From IMG/VR virus record IMGVR_UViG_3300037493_001343, positions 1-61,581 of that record: a stretch of 61,581 bases of DNA. One strand, given 5' to 3'. Shown in pieces: positions 55,101 through 61,581 of the stretch. The translations under genes and the position numbers were made by a program. The notes under the pieces were generated by a model that was not told the DNA's origin, made no database searches, and saw only the letters and a list, made by a program, of their open reading frames with translations. The number at the start of each line of letters is the position of its first letter. The stretch's first letter is position 1. The DNA comes from a virus (taxonomy: Duplodnaviria > Caudoviricetes).

Positions 55101-56563
55101 TTACCACCGCCTTGTAGTGCATCAAAAACTATACCTTGCGATGCTAATGGAAATGCATAGTTTTTACCATTTCCATAATTTCTAGTAACAACTGCACCAT
55201 ACCATACGCCAGTTGCATCTTCTCTTATAGCCAATAAGTAAGGAGCTAAAGAATACATACTTTTACTAAACTCTGTAGTTGCAGTGTTTTGAGTAAGTGT
55301 TACATCAATTGCTGTATCAGGAGTATCATACCCTTCTATGTTATTAGCTAAAAATAATCTATTAGATGTAAATTCTAATGACTGCGATGTAATAGGTATA
55401 GAGTCAAAAGCTTTTGCGCAATACGCAGGATCTAAAGTCTCTAATATAACAGACCCATCATAATTTTGAAGAGTTATATATGGAATTAGAAATAAACTAT
55501 TGTTATGTTCGTAAACAAGTTGAGCATCAGTATAGTAAACTGGACCCATACCAAAATCATACTCTCTAGAAGTTGAATCGTTTTTATCAAATGTTCTAAT
55601 TACATCAAACGTATTAGTATCCAAATACCTCATAACAAAGTCAATCTTCTTCCAGTTTTCTGGTATCTTTTGATCTTTACTTAGGCTTATTGTTACAACA
55701 TTGTCAGCAAATGGATCAAGTTCAAAGTCTTCTTGCCTTGCAGGTAAAGACGTTAAACTAAACGGAGAAAGAACTGAAACAAAACCATCTTCATTTATAA
55801 CTCTATATGTAAACTGAACAGCCCTAAATTGTATTGCTGTAGCTTTTGTAGAGTCAGATCCTCTATCTGCAATTAAAGGAACAACGCCAGGTTCTGTAAT
55901 TAAAGATAATTCTTCAAGTGTTGGATTGTTTGCATTGTAGTCTTTATTGACATCAACATATCTTACAGCATTATGACCATCGGTCCAAATCAATTGCGTT
56001 CCACTTGTCCTAGCTGATATAAAATAATCAGGCTCAAAACCTAATGCATTTGTAGCTGAAGGTATAATCCAATTAGAATCTAAAAGAATTGACGAATCAG
56101 CTATAGATATTGTGTTTACTTTATTTGTGCTATCGTATTTAATAGCAACTTTTACTATCCAAGAGTTTTCTTGAACTACATAAGATGGCGTTGGAGGAGG
56201 AGGGTATACTGTGTATGTTGGAGTATAGATAAATAAGTAAAAGAATCTTGTATCGTTAGATATAGACTCTGTATCATCTACCGCATACCCTATACATTTA
56301 GATCCAGTTTGGTTATAACCAGTAACGCCTAGCGTAAAGAATAAAGCGCTCCAATCTGTGTTACCAGCAAATGGCTCCAACACTCCAAGGTCACCTCCAA
56401 TATTATATCCGCTCATATTGGTTCCTGTTCCGTCATTTACGCCCAATAAAGAGCCTAAAGAGAAATGGACATTCATAGCAGAAGAATACGACTCCTTCTC
56501 TTGCAAGTGGGGAGCCGTATCAGTATCTAAACCTTTTGTAAAAAGTTTTGTAATTTGAGCCAT
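52172..56563 (-). CDS. Tail muzzle / stabilisation protein (P22 gp10/crAss muzzle-like), 1463 aa
   Basis: FTKGLDTD...Y.SAMN start, LIWTDGHN, SLEFTSNRLFLANNIEGYD, YSYGATFYDEALR, WGCISPQG, GDRIRS; beta-propeller-type composition. Confidence 0.8.
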   Translation of the reverse strand: MAQITKLFTKGLDTDTAPHLQEKESYSSAMNVHFSLGSLLGVNDGTGTNMSGYNIGGDLGVLEPFAGNTDWSALFFTLGVTGYNQTGSKCIGYAVDDTESISNDTRFFYLFIYTPTYTVYPPPPTPSYVVQENSWIVKVAIKYDSTNKVNTISIADSSILLDSNWIIPSATNALGFEPDYFISARTSGTQLIWTDGHNAVRYVDVNKDYNANNPTLEELSLITEPGVVPLIADRGSDSTKATAIQFRAVQFTYRVINEDGFVSVLSPFSLTSLPARQEDFELDPFADNVVTISLSKDQKIPENWKKIDFVMRYLDTNTFDVIRTFDKNDSTSREYDFGMGPVYYTDAQLVYEHNNSLFLIPYITLQNYDGSVILETLDPAYCAKAFDSIPITSQSLEFTSNRLFLANNIEGYDTPDTAIDVTLTQNTATTEFSKSMYSLAPYLLAIREDATGVWYGAVVTRNYGNGKNYAFPLASQGIVFDALQGGGNYYPTGLKTTNNTYITLPQTISEDNLIELDESLDFQPLNVETTSGPGPAIPSILRRRIAIIQELNPYWGGKSIGLGYTPNNICVPLSKSSSIALPSCLVLSESTYSDNNLTSRKSAFLPSSTYSYGATFYDEALRKSGNKYIGDISIGSYNPDTKTLVETIDVNVTGVQPAGSVPSWAKYYSINLTNNNKASSFLQFVPDIIRYAYKSADGTLAYNIDEANPEGNYYGVAIPLNSLYKRNQGYTYKQGDLCQFEVYDYETSTSSGSYTFPVLESIDGYVIVNSPKSTFNNIISYQGKKVQYTANTGASSVNAYINDFSDDPSIVTNPKVGDVFLTKASPTGVWAGHPYTFAVYSTGGVWNFTAYNTADIVYSYGEYTSIPGYIQQVAGVWNFITAPSIIYYAYAPAALNQQVFICTLYTPKTVQKSFFEVAFFGEVSSGSLLAPYNGLLAKLYGDTYIQGSNADGGAFNVVSETNNEVRYKYWIENGGRITPTDTVGQKGLTNQIRWSNVKIPNSSVNGLASFDALDVADVDSNAGPITSIILSSKEANLASRLVILCNSGSFIGLIGQAQIYSQDQTTAFLSSAPVIGTIQPITGQWGCISPQGVISYKGMVFWADALNREIIQLAGDGATPISQQKAGFLWNQVFRNLPFNDSTNSAKNIKLGINPYTSEIFVTCPNPNLTAAVFPANSGENRLNQYIPNKNVSYTYNYQLNRWVGAYESNPDQWIRVGDDVFSIGYQYGLQVGLNLYKEFDATPGHFNQLINPKCYISFPVSEGYPATIEPLSVILMGQLLTDSTVVYARDSSTTVNNNLTQVTSWNDSNYSTREGEKFAPVLRNRLSNNAGQSQVLTVSPLVTGSGYLTAPLVTIGPPAVAGGTQATAIAVLTGGSVTSYIITNPGTGYTSVPSISVAPPPTGVTATATLTVGVATTNTFDYQGIKGDRIRSKTPWVQVTFPAEQQINFQGVRVEVKPSSGH

Positions 56564-56575
56564 TAAAAAATTTTA

Positions 56576-58636
56576 TTATGACAAGTAAACAGGTATGTAT
56601 CTTACACCAACACCTGGTATAAATACTCTAATTTTTTCTAATTGAGTTCCACCTACAGCTGCAGCTACAACCAAATCAGAACCTACTTGAACTTGAGGTG
56701 TAGCAGTTCTTGAACCTTTAACACCAATTGCAGCAGACTTAGTTGCATACTCACCACCTAACAAGTAAGTGTCACCAGTATAGCTAAAGTTCAATCCGTT
56801 AATATTAGCACCTGTACTACCTGGGTTTAAGAATGTTTGTAATGTTTTACCTGTATTAGAAATATTTAAACCTACAGCATTACCGCCAAGAGAATAATTG
56901 CTACCTAATAAATCTACATACAAACCTTCAACCCCAGAAGCTCCATAAGTATATACTGATTTAATAGTGTCCCACATTTCAAAGCCATACGTACCAGTAC
57001 CATTCAATTGAATTTTACCATTTGGAATATCTGCTTTAAAACCATAAGCTGTAGTACCAGCAGTAACAACACTTGTATTTAAATCTGCTCTTAACCCTAT
57101 AGATGTAGTACCTAGGGTAGCTACATTTGTAGTATCATTAAGAGTCATATTTACAGAGCTATTACCAGCAATCATTGTAGTCGCTGTAAAGTTATATCCA
57201 AATGTAGAACTACCTAAATATCCAGTAGTAGCACCTAAAGACAAACCTGTGTATGTAGATAAATCACCTAATACATATACAGTATTAGTAACGTCTACCA
57301 ATAAACCTTTAGTAGCAATACCTACATTTGCTGTATTAGCAGTATCATTAATTGTTAAATTAATTGAACTGTTACCAGCAACCAATGTAGTTGCAGTATA
57401 ATTATAACCAAGAGTTGAATATCCTAATCTACCAGTTGTAGCAGTTAATGATAAACCATAACCTGCAAAAGTACCTAATATATAAGTTTCTGCTGCTAAA
57501 TTTATAAATAAACCTTTACCAACTGTTTGGTTTGCTAAATTATATATGTCACCAGATGAGCCATTAAATATATAAAGCCCATCTCCTGAAGATAATGAAC
57601 CTAAATTTACAGTAGCAGCCAATGGTATTGAATAGTCAACTTTTAACCCATAGTTTGGTGTTCCTAATGTATAATCATCAGTAGTTGTATTAATAGACAA
57701 TCCATCAGTTCCATTACCTAATGTATATGTACCAGCCGTGTTTATATTTAACCCATTAGTACCATTACCTAAGATATATCCATTATTAGTTACATCAACA
57801 GTAAGACCTTTTGTACCATCACCTAATGTAGCTGTATTAGCAGTATCATTAAGGGTTAAGTTAATTGAAGCATTACCTGCGACTAAAGTAGTTGCATTAT
57901 ATACATAAGACCAAGTAGGATTACCAATGTAACCATTATTTAAATTAATAACAACTCCTTCGCTAGAAGCTGTATTACCTAACTTGTAAACAGTATTTGC
58001 AGTATCAACAGATAAACCTTTATTAGCATCAATGTCTCCAATCTTATGGATATTGTTAGCAAAGTCTAATTTGATACCTTTATTAGCAGTAGATTTTTTA
58101 CTGTTGATTACTTGGTTTTTATCGTCAATAGTAAATATAATATCATTACCTATAGAGTCAGTATCACCTGCTTGGAAATAAGGACCAGTAGTAGTTGAAT
58201 TATTAGCTACAAAACTACCGCCCATCATTTTAATTTCGTTAGTAGTTTGTCTTAAGTAACTAGCAAGGAAATTAGAACCATTACTATATGGGATGTAACC
58301 AGCTGCAATAACAGAAGTAACACCAAATTGAATTAAATTCCAAAAACCATTACTTCCTGCTGGGAAATTAATTGTTGATACAGCAGTTAAATTCCAAAAG
58401 TAAATTCCATTATTAGCTAATGTTGGATCAGAAGTAACAAAAACTAATTGAGAGTTATCGTTAATTGTGCTTTGAAGCGTAGTAGTATTATTTACTACTT
58501 GGATAGCGTTCTGAGAGAACAAATATTCTACTTCTTGCTGTATCCCCTTTAATGAGGTATCTGTCCACTCAATCTTTCCAGATGGTGTACTCTTTGCATT
58601 AGCAATGAGATTTGTTAAATTATTTAAAGTTGCCAT
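56576..58636 (-). CDS. Tail fibre/spike (686 aa) with internal beta repeats
   Basis: Repeated YNATTLVAGN.SINLTLNDTANTA and YTLGNGTNGL units; shared N-terminal domain. Confidence 0.75.
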   Translation of the reverse strand: MATLNNLTNLIANAKSTPSGKIEWTDTSLKGIQQEVEYLFSQNAIQVVNNTTTLQSTINDNSQLVFVTSDPTLANNGIYFWNLTAVSTINFPAGSNGFWNLIQFGVTSVIAAGYIPYSNGSNFLASYLRQTTNEIKMMGGSFVANNSTTTGPYFQAGDTDSIGNDIIFTIDDKNQVINSKKSTANKGIKLDFANNIHKIGDIDANKGLSVDTANTVYKLGNTASSEGVVINLNNGYIGNPTWSYVYNATTLVAGNASINLTLNDTANTATLGDGTKGLTVDVTNNGYILGNGTNGLNINTAGTYTLGNGTDGLSINTTTDDYTLGTPNYGLKVDYSIPLAATVNLGSLSSGDGLYIFNGSSGDIYNLANQTVGKGLFINLAAETYILGTFAGYGLSLTATTGRLGYSTLGYNYTATTLVAGNSSINLTINDTANTANVGIATKGLLVDVTNTVYVLGDLSTYTGLSLGATTGYLGSSTFGYNFTATTMIAGNSSVNMTLNDTTNVATLGTTSIGLRADLNTSVVTAGTTAYGFKADIPNGKIQLNGTGTYGFEMWDTIKSVYTYGASGVEGLYVDLLGSNYSLGGNAVGLNISNTGKTLQTFLNPGSTGANINGLNFSYTGDTYLLGGEYATKSAAIGVKGSRTATPQVQVGSDLVVAAAVGGTQLEKIRVFIPGVGVRYIPVYLS

Positions 58637-58645
58637 ATTTTTATT

Positions 58646-59185
58646 TTATAGTGTATGAACAGTTCCTGCAGGGTCTTTATATTTTAAAACTCCAGCTTGA
58701 GAGTATAAAACAATTCCTCCTGTTGGAGTAGCTGGAACAGTTGTTATGTTTGTTAAGTATATAGGTCCTGATATTTTTAATATATCTACAGTTGATCCGT
58801 CAGTTTTAGAGTATACATTTACACCTGTACCTGCTGTAGGAGCAGTTAAATCAGTAGCTACACTTGGATAAAAATTACCATTAGCTTGAAGAACCCATCT
58901 TCCACCGTCATTTGCAGAAACTATGTTACTGCCATTAGCAGGACCTACAGTTGCAGGAAACCAAGTGTATAAACCAATACCTTGAACAATAGCATTTTGT
59001 GAATTGTTCTTTCCTTGATTGTTTAACTCAACTGTTGTAGGAACTACAATACATCCTCTAGCACGAATCTCTTCAGCTATGTCGTCTTGAATACCCTTTA
59101 ATCCATTAGTGCCAGACCAGCTAACCGTATTGTTAGGAGTTTGATCGGCAGTAAAGATTCTATTAAGTAAGCTTAAAATTGTCAT
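58646..59185 (-). CDS. Short fibre-like protein (179 aa) with shared N-terminal docking domain
   Basis: N-terminal ~100 aa closely paralogous to 1408..2094. Confidence 0.65.
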   Translation of the reverse strand: MTILSLLNRIFTADQTPNNTVSWSGTNGLKGIQDDIAEEIRARGCIVVPTTVELNNQGKNNSQNAIVQGIGLYTWFPATVGPANGSNIVSANDGGRWVLQANGNFYPSVATDLTAPTAGTGVNVYSKTDGSTVDILKISGPIYLTNITTVPATPTGGIVLYSQAGVLKYKDPAGTVHTL

Positions 59186-59207
59186 TATTGTTAGTATTAG
59201 TATTTAG

Positions 59208-59219
59208 TATATAATACGC
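59208..59219 (-). promoter_or_regulatory. Putative late promoter GCGTATTATATA
   Basis: Exact consensus in an intergenic gap. Confidence 0.75.
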
Positions 59220-59224
59220 TTTAG

Positions 59225-59518
59225 TTACACTATCTGAGCCCCTGAAACAAAGGTTAAATTTAACTGAGCAGCAGCCCAATCCATAATCCAAGCGTTACTT
59301 CCGTCCCAAGTAGGATACTCAGTAGGTCCTAATGTAAGGTTACCTTGAGCCAACTGAGTTTCAGTAGCTGGTTCTACAGTAGTGTCACTAGCCAATAATT
59401 GGTAGTAGAATGTTGCTGTATCCAATAGATTATCAGATATAGAAATCATACTGAATAAGTTAGCGTTTTGGCTTGTTCCGTTTGCCCAGATTGATACTGG
59501 TTCAATTGCTCTTTGCAT
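59225..59518 (-). CDS. Tail-fibre-associated small protein (97 aa)
   Basis: IEPVSIWANG...DNLLDTATFYYQL...WAAAQLNLT, directly after the fibre gene. Confidence 0.6.
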   Translation of the reverse strand: MQRAIEPVSIWANGTSQNANLFSMISISDNLLDTATFYYQLLASDTTVEPATETQLAQGNLTLGPTEYPTWDGSNAWIMDWAAAQLNLTFVSGAQIV

Positions 59519-59537
59519 TGTTATTTAAGTTTTAAGT

Positions 59538-61310
59538 TTATATTATAAATGTCCATCCTGTTGATTTGTATATGTATAGACCTTCTGTAGCATCTGTACA
59601 ATATACTATTAATCCTACTGCTGGTGTTGCTATTGCTGTTCTTTGAGCATTAGTCATTCTTGGTGGTAAGAACCCTTTAGTTGTAGAAGATAACTCTACA
59701 AGTGATGATGAATTAGCAAGACCAAATCCTCCAAAATAAGTACTTCCATCTCTATTGATGACAAAATTAACTGTACTTGGTTGACTTTTAAACTGTAACC
59801 CATAATGCAAACCACCTCCACTTGTATGTGTACCAATTGATGATGACCAGTTAGGGCTATTTTGTCTAAAGGTTATAGAACTCGCCATATCAACAGTTCC
59901 AACTGTATCTATCATTAATGATGATGTAGATGCTCCATATATTCTAGTTGTACCAAAAATATCTAATTTATAACCAGCATCTGTTGTAGTTCCAATAAGT
60001 ACGTTACCATTTGTGTTAAATTGTGTACCAGTAGAACCTATTGCATTAACTTTTAATACAGGTGTCCAAGCAACATTACCTTGTTGTACTGTTAATGCTG
60101 GTGAACCATTTGAACCAGTTATAGTTGTGCAAAAATTAGAGGTCATTCCTCCAGCTCCATTCAAATTCAAATTATATCCATTAGCAAATATAACCATTGC
60201 ATTAGATGCATACTGCGTGTAAATACGCATCTGATGACCACTTGTTGTATTAGGGAAAAATAATGTGGCATCAGCAGCCCCACCCATTGTAATGCTTGTT
60301 TGAAACCTACCTGTACCATTAACATCTAACTTATACCCAGCATCTGAAGATGTGCCTATTCCCCAGTTTGCAGTTGGATATATAGACCCAGCAGTTGTCA
60401 TTGCAGTTGTGCCAGTTCCTTTAACTTGAAATCTTATTGGTGGAGCCGTACCAGTTCTTGAATCAAAATAAACTGCTCCTCCTTGATTACCACTAGAAAC
60501 TCCATCATTCAACCCCATTTGTACATATGATGAGCCATATGCGCCACCATTTAAATATATGCTAAAGTTATCCGTAGTTGAACCACCTGATAGCATATAA
60601 AAATCACTTCTTCCGCTAGAAGAAACTCTAAGATTAGCTACAACAGAAGCAGAACCTACTCTTGCTGTTCCATTAACGTCTAGTTTGTACCCAGCATCTG
60701 TTGTAGTACCAATGAGTACGTTTCTTGTAGCAGAAGGTATTCTCATAGCCTCAATATTATTTGAATAAAAAGTCAAATAATATCCACCGTTACCAGCATA
60801 TAATTTTGTTTCACCAGAACCATTATCTACAGATAAAGAAGCAACACCATTATTTAAATAGTAAGCATATGTACCAGCTGCTGAAGCATTTCTAACTAAA
60901 TTAACATATGCATTTGAACTACTTGTTGATATTGCCTCTAAGTAATAATTGTTTGGTGCAGCCCCCCCAGTATATAGTTTAAATCCACCTAACACATCTA
61001 ATTTAGTAGTAGGCGTAGTTGTTCCAATACCTAATCTACTATTAACATTATCCCAAAATAAATTATTACTTCCTGTTTGAGTAGTTGTACCATTCCAAAA
61101 AGCTACTTGCCCTGAAGCTCCTGTACCTGTTAGATATGTGCTATTATCATAACTGATAGTTGTACCACTAGCTTTTACAAAACCTGTTCCATTAAGCTGA
61201 GGTTGAGCATAGCTCTTTACAGCCTTCTGTGAAGGAACAAGTAGATCACTATCTGCTGCTAACAGTGGATCTATATCTATTGGTACTCCTCTTGTTGTTC
61301 CTTGTGCCAT
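59538..61310 (-). CDS. Long tail fibre (590 aa)
   Basis: Three NVLIGTTTDAGYKLDV-type modules plus RLGIGTTTP, and C-terminal STTKGFLPPRMT...GLIVYCTD. Confidence 0.8.
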   Translation of the reverse strand: MAQGTTRGVPIDIDPLLAADSDLLVPSQKAVKSYAQPQLNGTGFVKASGTTISYDNSTYLTGTGASGQVAFWNGTTTQTGSNNLFWDNVNSRLGIGTTTPTTKLDVLGGFKLYTGGAAPNNYYLEAISTSSSNAYVNLVRNASAAGTYAYYLNNGVASLSVDNGSGETKLYAGNGGYYLTFYSNNIEAMRIPSATRNVLIGTTTDAGYKLDVNGTARVGSASVVANLRVSSSGRSDFYMLSGGSTTDNFSIYLNGGAYGSSYVQMGLNDGVSSGNQGGAVYFDSRTGTAPPIRFQVKGTGTTAMTTAGSIYPTANWGIGTSSDAGYKLDVNGTGRFQTSITMGGAADATLFFPNTTSGHQMRIYTQYASNAMVIFANGYNLNLNGAGGMTSNFCTTITGSNGSPALTVQQGNVAWTPVLKVNAIGSTGTQFNTNGNVLIGTTTDAGYKLDIFGTTRIYGASTSSLMIDTVGTVDMASSITFRQNSPNWSSSIGTHTSGGGLHYGLQFKSQPSTVNFVINRDGSTYFGGFGLANSSSLVELSSTTKGFLPPRMTNAQRTAIATPAVGLIVYCTDATEGLYIYKSTGWTFII

Positions 61311-61324
61311 ATTTTTAAATTATT

Positions 61325-61581
61325 TTATCTACTTATTTCTTCCCAATCCATTGATACAAATGCAGTTTCATTATTTGTCCCTGCTGCTAAAATTATTGTA
61401 AACTCATAAGGGGTTCCTGTTAATCCATCTCTTTCTAACTGATTGTTAAACAAAGCTGCTCTTAATATATCAACAGATACACTCGTACTTGCTGTAGCTG
61501 TAAAAAATCCTGATGCTAAAATTCTACCCCCTGTAAACGAAGAACCTGTTAAGTTATATTCTACAGAAGAGTTTGTTCCTG
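61325..61581 (-). CDS. 3' part of the origin-spanning 412-aa protein (see 1..1071)
   Basis: Open frame ...ILASGFFTATASTSVSVDILRAALFNNQLERDGLTG...MDWEEISR-stop. Confidence 0.8.
   Translation of the reverse strand, partial: GTNSSVEYNLTGSSFTGGRILASGFFTATASTSVSVDILRAALFNNQLERDGLTGTPYEFTIILAAGTNNETAFVSMDWEEISR
61493..61581. repeat. Terminal direct repeat, right copy
   Basis: Identical to 1-89. Confidence 0.95.

Noticed and set aside
1269-60222. Many antisense or alternate-frame ORFs in the track (e.g. 1547, 3430, 9307, 10575, 14793, 26558, 35058, 42611, 48683, 56358, 60013)
   Set aside because: Shadow frames of well-supported genes with no motifs or start context
56576-61310. Diversity-generating retroelement or invertible fibre switch
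   Set aside because: No reverse transcriptase, no adenine-specific TR/VR pair and no invertase seen; the repeats are protein-level modules
1-61581. Stop-codon reassignment as seen in some crAss-like phages
   Set aside because: Large genes are intact under the standard code and coding density is high

Overview
The window is an apparently complete, circularly assembled genome (about 61,492 bp; bases 1-89 repeat exactly at 61493-61581) of a lytic, AT-rich tailed phage. Its host is very likely a Bacteroidota, since TTTG-N19-22-TAnnTTTG promoters precede the early and middle operons. The virion module is crAss-like/podovirus-like: TerL, 877-aa portal, scaffold, 485-aa MCP, three ring-like proteins, a 1463-aa muzzle/stabilisation protein, several fibre proteins and large ejection proteins. 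The genome also encodes a GH19 endolysin cassette, a sigma70-like factor, a Sak/RecE-like recombination pair, class II RNR, dUTPase, an AEP primase-helicase, a RepL-like protein, two free-standing homing endonucleases and a ferritin. No DNA polymerase, virion RNA polymerase or integrase is recognisable. Features beyond the ORF track: (i) a 12-bp putative late-promoter motif GCGTATTATATA at about 11 gene boundaries; (ii) a non-coding locus at 27.35-27.85 kb holding a tRNA-like gene with an 18-nt anticodon-loop insertion, followed by a late-promoter-driven ~220-nt structured RNA whose first two hairpin loops are exactly complementary (GGGACAU/AUGUCCC, a kissing loop); (iii) a 16-bp element present three times at module boundaries; (iv) repeated leader sequences separating small early genes. 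All product calls come from reading motifs by eye; no database searches were run.
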